A DNA stretch of 63,918 nucleotides, the filler included, from Octopus bimaculoides (taxonomy: Eukaryota), in assembly GCF_001194135.2 (NCBI RefSeq). It is 6 parts of 5 records of this genome, joined end to end, with 100 filler letters (N's around TTAATTAATTAA, not from the genome) between each part and the next. Parts side by side here need not be neighbours in the genome. Positions count along the whole stretch, not along the records: positions 1 to 12,766 come from NC_068990.1; positions 12,867 to 42,686 come from NC_068990.1; 4 more parts are not named here. The stretch is one strand, 5' to 3'. Below, in pieces: positions 1-13,987 of the stretch. Position numbers and translations under genes: made by a program. The notes under the pieces were generated by a model, which worked only from the letters and a program-made list of their open reading frames with translations, ran no database searches and was not told the DNA's origin. Position 1 is the first letter of the stretch; each line of letters opens with the position of its first letter.

Positions 1-42
<42 letters not shown>

Positions 43-587
43 TATCTCAACATTATTTTAGTACTCATGCTAACTCCCTAATATTTCATTGATTCACTCC
101 CTCATAATGAATTTACACACCCAGAAGAAAAGGGTGCATGGATTTGGAAAGAAAATGTCTTGTATCTGTCATTAACAAATTAATTACTGAAGTAGAATCT
201 GATATTAAATATAAAATATTTTGAAGATTTATACACTTCAACTATCAATGAAGAACACTCAACATCCTTGATATTATTAGCAGACACACAACATAAAACT
301 GAGAATCTGTGAAAGCTAACAGAGGACAGAGATTCATGATGCAGTAGGGTGAAATGCTTCTTAGTTGCAGTTACTCGAAGAAGAAGATTCCTAAATTGGT
401 TGACTACAAATGGAAATGTAGATAATTTTGTATAGCAAAATTGAAACAACTTTTAATCTTCTTGTTCTCTGAATCCTCAATGGAAATAATAATAATAATA
501 AAAAAAAACTAATGTAAGATATTTTCTAGCCAATTTTTAGATATCCACTGAATAAATTCTAGGTAAATCAATTATTGATATATTTTG

Positions 588-900
588 GAGGAAGAACAAG
601 GAGAAAGAAAAGGAAGAGGAGGAGGAAAAGAAGAAGAAGAAGAAGAAGAGGTAGAGGAGGTGGAAGAAGAAGAAGAAGAGGAGGAGGAGGAAAAGAAGAG
701 GAGAAGGAGGAGGAGGAAAAGAAAGAGAAAAAAGAAGAGGTAGAGGAGGTGGAAGAAGAGGAGGAGGAAGAAGAAGAAGAGGAGGAAGAAGAAGAGGAGG
801 AGGAAGAAGAAGAAGAGGAGGAAGAAGAAGAGGAGAAGAAGAAGATGGTGATGATAATGGTGGTGATGATGATGATGATGATGATGATGACGACGACAAC
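588..900. repeat. Compound (GAA/GAG)n and (GAT)n low-complexity tract
   Basis: Visible trinucleotide repeats. They explain the poly-E/S/M ORFs. Confidence 0.9.
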
Positions 901-1873
901 TATGATCATGCTTTAGAATGCCTGAAGTGTTGTTACACTTTCTGGAAAAGGATGCATGTGAGTGTTACAGAAATAAGAAGACAATTTGAAACGACTCTTC
1001 GGAAAGAATTTGCTATCTTGGGAAATGATTGAAAAAGATGAAAAGAGTTGAGATGCTCAAAACCAAAATTATGAATCATATCAGGATATGAGACGAATTA
1101 AAAGAGGCTACATAAAAGTGGTTGGTGCTATTTGAAGTTGCTGAAAATAACGATAATGCTGCTGTCCTCTAAGCCTATTTAATTGGAAGATATACTTAGA
1201 TGTGTCATAGGTAAAATGGTGACCCCATTTTTATAAATATATGTATGTGTATATTCACATGATCCTAATAACCTGTTAACTGTTAACTGGAAGTAAGAAA
1301 TACAATGATCAGACGTTGTGCAAAGATTATCTCAAAATTATTTTAGTACTCAGGTTGATGTCTTAGCATTTTCTTCATTCACACCCTCATTAACAAGTTT
1401 ACACACCTAGAAGGGTGCAAAGATTTGGAATGAAAATCTCATACCTGGCATTAATAAATTAATCACGAGACTAGAATTTGATCATACATATGTTTTTTTT
1501 CCTTTTAATTTTTAAATTTGAAAAGTTATTTTTAAAAATTGATTAATTCAAGCTTTTAATTATCAAATCATTTTTTTTTATTACTCTAATAAAGTTTTTA
1601 TTAATTCGATTGATTAAATTGATTAAATTTATTAGATTTTATTAAATTATCAAGCAAATTAATAAAATTAAAGATTTTGTTTTAAAGTTTTGAAATTTTC
1701 AAAATTTATTGCTGTTTTTTTTTTTATGAAATAGTTTTGTCTCCTTCTAAAAATTCAGAATCTCATGACTTAAGATGTCATAGACAAAAGATGATGCAGG
1801 ACTGAAGGGAACAGTAACAGGTTCTACTACAGATCAATTCACCTATTACCGTTATGGAATAATAGACAAGAAA

Positions 1874-2236
1874 TTGTTGGTGATAATGATAATTATAATA
1901 ATAATTATGATGATGATGATGGTGGCAGTGTTGGAGGTAGTGATGGTGGTGGTGGTGGTGGTGGTGATGGTGGTGGTGATGGTAGTGGTGTTGGTGGTGA
2001 TAGTGATGGTGATGATGATGATGGTGGTGATGATGATCATAACAACAGTGATGATGGTGTTGATGATGATGATGGTAATGATGCTGACGATAATGATACT
2101 GATGATAATGATGTTGATGATGATGATAATGATGCTGATGAGGATGATGATGATAGTAGTGGTAATGATGGCAATGATGATGATAATGATGTTGATGCTG
2201 ACAATGATAATGATGATGATAAATATGCTAATGTGA
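1874..2236. repeat. Degenerate (GAT/GGT/AAT)n tract
   Basis: Visible trinucleotide repeats. Confidence 0.9.
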
Positions 2237-2319
2237 AGTCACTCTTTTTGAGATAAAAGCCAAGTTAGTGCTAACGTATTTAATCCAATGAATGATTAAT
2301 TAGAAATATCAATCTGTAC

Positions 2320-2486
2320 CTGTCATGGACAAACTGTGGCCCATAGACTGCATGCAGCCCAGAGGATTTTCTGAATGGCATGCCCAACAACAGCAAAACC
2401 ATCTTGAATTTTTAGTAGTGTTGTCTGCCTGATGACGAACCAATGTCTCAGGTGCCTGCTTCTCATGAAAGGTTGCCCATGTATTG
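2320..2486. mobile_element. hAT (Charlie-like) MITE remnant
   Basis: ctgtcatggacaaactgtggccc ... aggttgcccatgtattg form degenerate inverted ends. A related copy lies at about 30174-30330. Confidence 0.45.
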
Positions 2487-2835
2487 AATCTTCTCTATTA
2501 CACCCTCATACTGCCCTCTGTACTCACCCTGTTGCTATTTGACATCACATCGAACCATCACTCCCTCCTTCCACCCAACCTACTGCTTCTGTCATCACTC
2601 TCTCTGCTATTCATCTTCTTTGTCATACTGTCTTGAATGAATAGTAACACCATGGAGTACAACTGTGGGCTCTTTTGACCTGCAGAGTACAAGCAACCTC
2701 AATAGTGTTGGTGCAACTTTACAATGTGGTTGGTGAATGAATGGAGATGTTGTTTGAGAGGACCCTTTTAGTTTAGTTGAAGTCATGACAAATTCTCTTG
2801 GATTGATAAAATGCATCCTATATACCATGTAAAGT

Positions 2836-3053
2836 AAGATGGCAAGCTGGCAGAAACGTTAGCATGCCGGGCGAAATGCTTAGCAGCATTTCATCTGTGT
2901 TTACGTTCTGAGTTCAAATTCCGCCGAGGTTGACTTTGAATTTCATCCTTTTGGGGTCAATAAATTAAGTATCAGTTGCGTACTGGGGCCGATCTAATTG
3001 ACTAGCCCCTTCCCCAAGAATTTTGGGCCTTGTGCCTAGAGTAGAAAAGAATA
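2836..3053 (+). mobile_element. SINE family B (Deu/Nin-domain-like core), young copy
   Basis: aagatggcaagctggcagaaacgttagc...ttctgagttcaaattccgccgaggttgacttt...tttcatcctt...gataaattaagtac...ggccttgtgcc. Many diverged copies occur (19450-19880, 23900-24150, 28120-28290, 32460-32850, 33900-34105, 41400-41600). The domain name is from recall. Confidence 0.8.
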
Positions 3054-3808
3054 TACCATGTAAAGTTGATAACGGATAATTAGAGAGAACGTAGATCTGA
3101 GAGGACTTTTTAGTCTTAAATAACATTGTGGTTAAGAAGCTTACTTTGCAGCTGCATGGTTTTGAGTTCAGTCCCACTGTGCAGCACCTTGGGCAAATGT
3201 CTTCTACTAGAGCTCTGGGCCAACCAAAGCCTTGTTAGTGGATTTGGTTGATGGAAATTGTGTAGAAGCCCATCATATATATGTTATATGTGTTTGTGTG
3301 TGCTTGTGTGCGTGTGTTTGTGTGTGCATCTTCATGTTTGTTGTTGTCCAACACCACCTCTTGATGATGAGTGTTGGTTTGCTTACATTCCTGAAACTAA
3401 GCAGTTTGGTAAAAAAAAAAAAAGACCAATAAAATAAGTACCTGACATGAAAATAACTATGGTAGGAGGGGGCTATTTTTTGACAGAAGCCATCAAAGTG
3501 GTGCTTCAGCATGGCCACAGTCTAATGGCTAACAAAAAAAAAGAGAAAAGAAATAAAACTGTTCTGTCATGTGGAAGATTTAAGATTCTTGCAGAACCTT
3601 ATGTCCAAGAGACATGCATGATTAGTTTCCTTAGGTTCTGGTGAAGGCTATCTTAGCAACATTACAAGCCCCCAGGAAAAACAATGCACAGGACTATATA
3701 GCATTCATTTATTGATAGTAAGCCACAGCAAATATAGATCAGGATTAGGCCCCTAGGTTAGTGGGGCCCTGGGTTAGTGGGCAACTGCACAGCATGCCTA
3801 TTCTTTAA

Positions 3809-4028
3809 CCCTTTAGCATTAAACTGGCCATATCTGGCCCAAATATTCTATAAGTTTTGGGTTCAAACTGACTGGTTCTGGCCTCTCATATCTAACCAAC
3901 AATGTCATTTTAAAAGTAAACAATCACATCCTCGCAATCTTGAAGTTAGAAGGTAATGCCGAAATATATTCAAAACAATGTGAATAAATAAGGATTATAT
4001 TTCATAGAATACACTGAATGCTAAAGGG
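3809..4028. mobile_element. piggyBac-like MITE
   Basis: TTAA|ccctttagcatt ... aatgctaaaggg|TTCA gives 12-bp perfect TIRs with CCC/GGG ends. Related internal sequence lies at about 7900-8050 and 20210-20420. Confidence 0.65.
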
Positions 4029-4211
4029 TTCAGCCAGCACTGGATCCTGTGTTTTTACTAAACCAACAACACAAAATACATGCCTACAGCAGCATTGATT
4101 TGGCAGCTGAGAATTTAAATGGCTTTGCAGCAGATAAGTTCGTGACAAGATATCAATGTAGGTAACTTAGCTTGTACTCCAATATATATATTATATGTAT
4201 GTATGTGTGTA

Positions 4212-4267
<56 letters not shown>

Positions 4268-4873
4268 ATTGTGCACATGAATATATGTGAATGAGTGTGT
4301 TTGTGATATATATATACATATATACATATATATTTGTACATGTATATCTTATTGTTTACTTCAAATTTCAAGAATATATCTAGAAAGATCTCCTCACTCA
4401 CACAGTTACTATCAACAATAAAACAATATAAAATAACAGCAGGTCTAGTTATATTGCTATAAAATAATAGATATTATTTTATAGAAACATAACAGCATCT
4501 ATTTGTGTAGTTGGCAATAATTGTGTAGGTGAGATGATTTGGTTTAGATAAATATTTGAAGTTTGAAGTAAACAAAAGCATGATGTGTGCATGTATGTAT
4601 TTACATATGTTTGAAGGTATGTATATATACATATCCATGTGTATAAGACATGTGCGTGTATGTGGGTGTATGTTTATGTATGTCTTTATGTATTATGTAT
4701 ATATGTATATATACGTACATATACACAGATATGCAGGAAGTAAATAGACACCTTTCATTTTCAAAATTTGTGATCTAAGCATCTTAATATGTTTTCAACG
4801 GTGTAGAATTTACAACATAATTATTCTTTTTCATTCCAGGTGCCATTATATTAAGCATTTGTGAAGAGTAACC

Positions 4874-5260
4874 ATGCCACGCACCAAAAATTCAGTAGAA
4901 CTGTCAGATTTTCAAAGAGGTTGTATTGTTGGGCAATCTGAGGCTGGTCTTATCCAGTGAAAAATTGCTGAAAATCTTCAAATTCCTCTTGCTACTGTTA
5001 ATAGAATTATAGTGCAATTCAAAAGCCAAGGAAAAGAATCAACAGATTTTTGTCCCGGCCGACCTGGGCCCTCGGAAAGGAAGCTTCACTGTTTGAAGAG
5101 AATTGTGAAAAACGAACCCCGTTCAAAAACTTCTGACATTGGAAAATAGCTAGAAGTTAGTCCAAGAATGTGTGTTATATATCTGCATAAGCTTGGGTAT
5201 TATGATGGACGAGCAGCTAGAAGAAAACCTCTCCTTCAAACAATTAATATCAAATAAAAG
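4874..5260 (+). mobile_element. Tc1-like transposase N-terminal (DNA-binding) remnant
   Basis: Hand translation: [45 protein letters not shown]...GRPGP...LHKLGYY..GRAARRKPLL. This has the ELS.F.RG.IVG, GRP and R.A.RKPLL motifs, with in-frame stops. Confidence 0.8.
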
Positions 5261-5300
5261 ATACTGAAAATTAAAGGTATCTGTTTACTTCCTGCATGTC

Positions 5301-5385
<85 letters not shown>

Positions 5386-5532
5386 GTCCAACCCATGCTA
5401 GCATGGAAAGCGGACGTTAAACGATGATGATGATGATGATATGTATGTATATATTCATATCTACTTGCATATATACACACACATATATACACACATACAT
5501 ACACACACACACACAAACATACACATAAATGT

Positions 5533-6445
<913 letters not shown>

Positions 6446-7723
6446 AATCGACACCAGTATTAATTTTTAAGCCTGTTACTTATTTCATCGCTTTCTTTTG
6501 CCAAACTGCCAAGTTACAGGGCTGGAAACACACCAACATTGTCTGTCAAGTGCTGGTGGGGAACAAACACACACACACACGACTGGCTTCTTTCAATTTC
6601 CATCTACCAAATCCACTCACAAAGCTTTGGTTGGTCTGAGACTAAAGTAAAAGATACTTGACCAAAATGCTACGTGGTAGGACTGAACTCAGAACCATGT
6701 GGTCAGGAAGTAAGCCCCTTACCACCTGCACCGATGATAAAAATATTCTTGTAATTAATTCAAGTAGCATTGGATTAAAATAAAGGGCAAAAATGAATTA
6801 ATTTATCTGACAATCCAATAATATGGTTCTGTTCTATTCCTAACCCTCTTTCACACTTGGATCAGGAGAGAAGCAATAATAAGAATGCATTATTACTAGT
6901 GACCTTTCTCCAACAGTTAACAAGAGCAATTTTCTTGAATTAGTTCTAGATAAAAATCTGTAGATGTCTGTCAGTGATGGTTAGCAATAGTGGTGCCCTC
7001 AATATGAAAGGAAATACCAGTTGATAAGCCATCTTCTCTCTTACTCGTACCTGGTTCTATCTTTCTTGCTCTATCATTTTCTCTTTCTCTCTTTGCCTCT
7101 GTCTGTCTGTCTGTCTCCCCTCCCCTCTCTCTCTCTCACACGCACACACAATAACACATATTCATGTATAGAAAGAAATGTAGCCGAGAAGCCAAGTTGC
7201 TAGCAAACAGACCTGATTTTTTATGCCTATCTATAGTTGTCTCACTTCACCTGCATTGCTAATAGCCATTTGAAGCTGGTTTGGAAAAAGCTGGAATATT
7301 ACAACTATTTTATCACCAAAGTAGTTTTTATCATAAATAAATTCATGGATAAATAACCAAGAATATACTGATAAGCATATGTGTATATGCAAATATGTAT
7401 ATATATATATATATATATATNNNNNNNNNNNNNNNNNNNNNNNNNNNNNNNNNNNNNNNNNNNNNNNNNNNNNNNNNNNNNNNNNNNNNNNNNNNNNNNN
7501 NNNNNNNNNNNNNNNNNNNNNNNNNNNNNNNNNNNNNNNNNNNNNNNNNNNNNNNNNNNNNNNNNNNNNNNNNNNNNNNNNNNNNNNNNNNNNNNNNNNN
7601 NNNNNNNNNNNNNNNNNNNNNNNNNNNNNNNNNNNNNNNNNNNNNNNNNNNNNNNNNNNNNNNNNNNNNNNNNNNNNNNNNNNNNNNNNNNNNNNNNNNN
7701 NNNNNNACACACACATATATATA

Positions 7724-7771
<48 letters not shown>

Positions 7772-8061
7772 CATATATATGATGACCTACCTTCAGTTTC
7801 CATCAAGCAATTTCTGGTCACCCAGGGCTATAGTTGAAAACAGTTACCTAAAGTGACATGTAGTGGGACTGAACCAAAGACCATGATGATATAATTGTTT
7901 ATTTTTAGAATGACATTGTAAGGTAGGTATGAGAGACCAGATCTGGCCAGGGTTAAAGGTGATAATCATGATACCAGTAATGATGTTAAATATCTACAAA
8001 AAAAAACTTAGAATTAGAATTAGAATTGGTATTTTCTGCAAGTCATGCCATCTCAATAAAC

Positions 8062-8457
8062 TTGACATATTCTTTTATTCTTTTACTTGCTTCAGTCATT
8101 TGACTGCAGCCATGCTGGAGCAATGCTTTAAAGGGTTTTAGTCAAAGAAATTGACCCTCAAGACTTATTCTTTGTAAGCCTAGTACTTATTCTATCAGTC
8201 TCTTTTGCCGAACTGCTAAGTTAGGGGGACATAAACACATCAGCATTTGTTGTCAAATATATATATATGTATATTATATATATATATATATATATACACA
8301 ATGGGTTTCTTTCAGTTTCTATCTACCAAAATCCACTCACAAGGCTTTGGTCAGACTGAGGCTATAGTGGAAGACCTTTGCCCAAGGTGTCATGCAGTGG
8401 GACTGAACCCGGTACTATGTGATTGAGAAGCAAGCTTCTTACTGCACAGCCATGCCA
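8062..8457 (-). mobile_element. SINE family A copy
   Basis: Reverse complement of the family A head, internal (TA)n and tail. CpGs are largely decayed. Confidence 0.8.
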
Positions 8458-8650
8458 ATTAGTTTCAAACATAACATTCCTCAATAAAAGATATATTGAT
8501 GTATAAAACTGTTTTCTGCAGTGAAAAGTAATGAAATTTTGAAAGGAAATGTCTGACTCCTACAGTAAAAGAGTTGAATGCTGTAGCTATATTCCCTGAC
8601 TTTCTCAGCATTGTCGATAGCTTGTTTGTTTATAGTATTTGCATTAGTGA

Positions 8651-8930
8651 AGGGGCATAGCTTAGTGATTAGGGTATTCAGCTCATGACAATGACTCCTG
8701 GTGGCATGTTGTGTCCTTGAGCAAGGCACTTTATTTCACATCTCTCCAGTCCACTCAACTGGCAGGCCAGCCTTGTCACATTTAGTGTTACACTGAATCT
8801 CTCTGAGAACTACATTAAGGGTGTGCATGTCTGTGGAGTGCTCAGCAACTTGAACATGAATTTCATGAGCTGGCTGTTCTGTTGATTGGTTCAACTAGAA
8901 CCCTCATCATCATATCTAAGGGAGTGCCAG
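8651..8930 (+). mobile_element. Older SINE with a family-M 3' half and a different central domain
   Basis: The 3' part (gccagccttgtcaca...gtctgtggagtgctcagc...ggagtgcca) aligns by eye to family M. The middle (tgtgtccttgagcaaggcactttatttcac) resembles the SINE at 13005-13270. Confidence 0.7.
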
Positions 8931-9463
8931 TACTTACATTAACAGAGTCGTTACATGTGACATTATCTAAAATTCTCATTTTTTTTTCTTGAAATAAAAA
9001 TTCTTTTCTTCTTCAGATATAGATTCTTTTTTTTTAAATTTTTATTTTGAGTTTAGTGAGAAGTAGCTTTGTTTACATTTCTCAAGGCTGCTGCTACTCC
9101 ATAGAAGACAAGTCAGAAGAATTAAAAAAATAAAATAATGACTTCCAGCAAAAAAAAAAAACCAACTTAAGTGAAACAAACAAGCAAAAATACTTATTCT
9201 GCTTTAAGCAGAGAAGAAACACAGAATTAAACACAAACTTCTATTTAAAAACACAACAAAAACAGATGCTTAAACTAATTGCAAACAAATGAAGATCAAG
9301 AAACTGTAAAATTGTTTTTTATTTCCAAATAAAAAAAAGGCTTTTTTTTCTTTATTAGCTGTTAAGGACTCATAATACATGTAATATAAAACATGTTATA
9401 AAAGAAATTACAGAATCATGCAGAGTATTTATCTGTCTGCCTGTCTGCCTGTCTGCCTGCCTA

Positions 9464-9515
<52 letters not shown>

Positions 9516-9599
9516 ATCATCAGAGTTTTAGCATCTACTTTTCCATGCTTACAAATAAAAGCAATCAACCTACACAGGATGATTAAGATACCCCAGACC

Positions 9600-10170
9600 T
9601 TCACCAGCTGCTAACTGTGGTGCCATGAAATTACTCTTGAGTATTTTTGATTGTAGCTGAGCTTCCTCTCAGTCTACTTTTGTGGGTGAGTGGTCAATCT
9701 GTTTGTAACCTCATCCGAGTTTCCATACCCTTTGAGATCTGGACCAAATTAAACTCCAAACAACTTAACAGGTCTGATAACCTAGCACCTAATCACATTG
9801 GCCAACAGCATAGTTTTATCTCTCCAGGTGCCAAGCTGCAAGCTCACCAAATCATCCAAGTTAATTTTAGCTTCTTTCACTGTCTCATATTCTTACAGAG
9901 TGGTGCTGACCTCCTTTTTCTTCATGGTGTCTGAAACCATAATATATACTCCTTGACCCAGTTCATACAAAAGTGTTGCAAGAGGACATTCTTGAAAGAC
10001 TAACTGTGTGATCGGAAATGGTTCCAATACGTGGATGTATAATCTAATAACCAAGCAGATACTGCTGTGCATTGAAGCAATCTAGGCTCTGGAAAAAAGA
10101 ACAGGAACTCCAGTATACCAATATCTTATATACAACTCCTAGGCAGTAACAGTCAACCCAATTGAAAGCT
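9600..10170 (-). mobile_element. Old R4-like LINE remnant
   Basis: Minus-strand fragments ...LDDLVSLQLGTWRDK... and RLRGSSATIKNTQE resemble the L.GETEATI.AAQEQ region. Very degraded. Confidence 0.4.
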
Positions 10171-10236
10171 TTGATTGAAAGCAGGGCTCTACTGAAGCTA
10201 GATTTGCAGCCTACCCTTTCTAACTGAGAAGGAGAC

Positions 10237-11236
10237 TAACATGAATTAAAATAATACTTCCTACCATCAGCACAAAGCCTGAGGTTTTAGGGGAGAGTAA
10301 GTTGATTTCATCAACCCCAGTACATGACTGGTACTTATTTTATCAACCCTTTCAGGTGTTGGGCTTCACGGAGGTCAGGTGGCCAAGTTCCTTTTGAGTG
10401 TTGGGCCTCATGGAGGCAATGACCAAGAACTTTGGTATTATGTTGTGCTTGAGAAGAAGACCCATCTATCTGAGTATAATCACAATCATGGCAGATACTG
10501 ATGTCATGCAAATGGCACCCATGTTGGTGGCATGTAAAAACACCCATTACACTCTTGGAATTGTTGGCGTTAGGAAGGGCATCCAGATGTAGAAAACCAT
10601 GCCAAATCAGACTGGAGCCTGATGCAACCTTCCAGTGTTCCAGCCCAGTCAAACCGTCCAGCCCATGGACAATGGATGTTAAATGATGATGATGATGAAA
10701 GGATGAAAGGCGAAGTTGACCTTGGGGGAACTTTAACTCAGAATATAAAGCTGAGAGAAGTGCTGCTAAGCATCTTGCTCCACATGTTAACAATTCTGCC
10801 AGCTAGCCACCTTAATATGAATTAGAATAATACTTTCTGCTATAGGCACAAGACCTGAAATCTGTGGGGAGGGGTATAGTTGATTATATTGAGCCGTGTT
10901 TAATTGATACTTATTTTATTGACCTTGAAAGAATGAAAGGCAAAGTTGACCTTGGTGGAATTTTAACACAGAATGTAAAGATGAACAAAATGCCACCTAG
11001 CACTTTACCTGGCATGTTAATGATTCTGCCTTAACATGAATTAAAATAATCCTTTCTACTATGTCAATTACATCAACCCCAGTGCATAACTGGTACTTAT
11101 TTTATTGAGCCCGAAAGGATGAAAGGCAAAGTTGAACTTGGCAGAATTTGAACTCAGACTGTAAAGATAGATGTAATACCACTAAGCATTTTGCCTGGCA
11201 TGCTAATGATTCTGCTTTAACATAAATTTAAATAAT
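10237..11236 (-). mobile_element. Cluster of three SINE B copies, the first interrupted by an RTE 3' end
   Basis: Three same-orientation family B segments are separated by a recurring TTAACATGAATTAAAATAAT-like motif. An RTE tail with (GAT)n lies at about 10365-10697. Confidence 0.75.
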
Positions 11237-12632
11237 AACACCAAGAAACACCTGCTAAAACAATATATTAGAAATAACAAATATTTGGGATAAACATTTG
11301 ATAAGTGACCAGAAATGCTTTTTCTGCTGAAAATTATCATGATCAGAGCCATGTTCACTCTGGTATTTTGAGATAAATAAATATAAACATGAGAAATAGC
11401 AAACACTGACCAATAAAATTGTCATAAACATCCACAGTTTATGCTGACATGTCAACTAGTTCCAGTTGAATTTCATTCAACAGCAATAACATGTCTCTTA
11501 GAGTCAGTTATGAGGATTAAATGGGTAAATAAAATCAATTTTATATAACTGAGATGAAAAGAATTTGAAGGCAGTAGTTGATATAATATTCATTTTTAAC
11601 TGACTTTTTGTAGCCAATTACTGATCTGATATTGATCACAATATTGATAATCAATTTCCTATTTCAGTTCTCTTCCGTATTCCACTATATAAATACATTT
11701 TTTTCTAAATTCTGTCATATGTTAATTGCATTGGTTTTTATAATCTCATATCAATTAAGGATTAATGATCAGAAATGGTAGATTAAAGTATCCTATTTAT
11801 TACTTTTTGACTTTGTTTTCTGAATTCAAATCCCATTAAGGTTAATTCGGTCCTTCATTTTTCTTGGGTTGATAAAAGTATGTATCAGTCAAATTTCTCA
11901 CATTTCATTGGATTGTGACCATACTGGAGCACCACTTTCAACAATTGTATTTTTTAGTGATTACATCAATCCTAATACTTATTTCATTGACCTTCAATTA
12001 TTGAATGACTAAGTTACCTTTTAGTCTCAAGGAAGCAACTTAACACATTCTTTTACATTGATGTAAACAAATACACTGTCATGTGCATGCATACATCTAC
12101 ATCACAGTTCATTTGCCAAATACTACTCACAGGGCATTGAGTAAACTGAGGCTATAGTATAAGACCTGCACCTGAGTAACAATGCTTTCAGAAAAGAATT
12201 TGGTAGATAGGATATTGTCCATATTCCACATATGAGATGTTTTCCCAAGACTTTTTCCATAGTGATATGGCAATCTTAAAGTATATCCACATTAAGTAGA
12301 ATATAAAGATTGCTATTCAATATTAGTACTGTTTCCATTTCTAATAACTAATCCCTCTCTCTTTTGATATACATACATATATACATACATACATACATAT
12401 GTATCTTTTATCTTTTATTTGTTTCTGTCATGATACTGTGGCTATGTTGGGGCACTGATATATATATATATATATATATTGAGAGAGAGAGAAAGGAGAG
12501 GAGAGAGGCAATTATTGCATTTCTTTACCTTGTGGAATCAATCCTCTGTAAACATACTGGAGTTTAAGTTTGAATCATTTGAGCACTACTAAGTGTTGTC
12601 TATATATATATATATATATACAGATATATATG

Positions 12633-12664
<32 letters not shown>

Positions 12665-12732
12665 TATGCATATATATATGTAATATATGTGTGTGAGTGT
12701 GCCTTATATGTGTGTATATGTGTCTACTTATA

Positions 12733-12766
<34 letters not shown>

Positions 12767-12866
12767 NNNNNNNNNNNNNNNNNNNNNNNNNNNNNNNNNN
12801 NNNNNNNNNNTTAATTAATTAANNNNNNNNNNNNNNNNNNNNNNNNNNNNNNNNNNNNNNNNNNNN
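12767..12866. other. Artificial scaffold linker
   Basis: 44 N + TTAATTAATTAA (stops in all six frames) + 44 N = 100 bp. Confidence 0.95.
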
Positions 12867-13004
12867 AGGGAACAACAAGCAGGTGTATTAGTTCAATGCT
12901 CAGGAAGAGTGGAAAAGTCTTTGATGTTTTGAGTCTGCCCTCTTCAACAGAAAGGATTGAGAGGAATAAAAAACAGAGAGAGAATGAAAAAAAAATGAGT
13001 TCGA

Positions 13005-13270
13005 ATCCCGGACCGGGCTGTGTGTTGTGTTCTTGAGCAAGACACTTTATTTCACGTCGCTCCAGTTCACTCAGTTGTAGAAATGAGTTGCAATGTCACA
13101 GGTGTCAAGCTATATCAGCCTTTGCCTTTCCCTTGGATAACATCAGTGGTGTGGAGTGGTGTTCATAGACGACTGCTGGTCTTCCATAAACAACTTTGCC
13201 CGGACTTATGCCTTGGAGGGTAACTTTCTAGGTGCAATCCCATGGTCATTCATGACCGAAGGGGGTTTCC
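13005..13270 (+). mobile_element. tRNA-derived SINE (family C)
   Basis: B-box gagttcgaatccc followed by tgtgttcttgagcaagacactttatttcacgtcgctccag. A related head occurs at about 19170-19270. Confidence 0.65.
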
Positions 13271-13987
13271 GCAATATATATATATATTCTTTTATCTTTT
13301 TTAGACGTTCAACCCCTAAGGCTGTGGCCATGCTGGAGCACCCACTAGTATATATCTATATACACACTCACGCATGCACACACACACAAACACATTATTA
13401 GCAAGGGAAGCACTATTAGTACTTATTTAATGTGAAAATACTAAAAGAAAATCACAGTACTGTGGTCTTCATTTCAAGAAGGCGTCTCGTATAAATGTAA
13501 TATGCAAATAAAAACACAGAAAATATCCAGCAATGGTGGTGAAACTGGTAAACCATGTGATTTTTGCATATTTTTAGCTATCAAGCAGAAAACGCTTCCT
13601 CTCAAATCCTGTTTTCTGATTGAGTAAAAACAATCAAACTCTAAACCACAGTAACATTTTTCTGAAATTTTTCTGAAATAAATGAATCACAAAATTGGAT
13701 TCAGCATGGATGTAAAATGATAATAAAGATGATCTTAGGAGCAGGTATCCACTATCATCACATACTTAGACAAATTTCCCCTGTACTGATATATCGAAAA
13801 ACAGTGACTAATCTGTTACTGATGTTGCAAATAGCTAGCAGGCTGGGTAAAAATTCATTATTAGTGATGGGAGCTGTATTTGTATTGAAAAGCAATCCGT
13901 ATATATTAACACAGATATATCAGCTCTTTTCTTTTACATTTTTAAGGTCTTTATGAATAATGCAATTTCATAAGATAGGTTAAGCAA

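Noticed and set aside
537-916. Poly-E/S/R/M ORFs that could suggest an acidic protein
   Set aside because: They are fully explained by trinucleotide repeats read in several frames, with no splice or domain support.
4820-4876. Strong 3' splice site (ttctttttcattccag) upstream of the Tc1 ATG, suggesting a domesticated transposase exon
   Set aside because: The ORF has in-frame stops and is truncated, so there is no evidence of selection.
12811-12822. TTAATTAATTAA repeated identically five times, suggesting a regularly placed motif or array
   Set aside because: It is always centred in exactly 44 N on each side and has stops in all six frames. It is an assembly linker, not biology.
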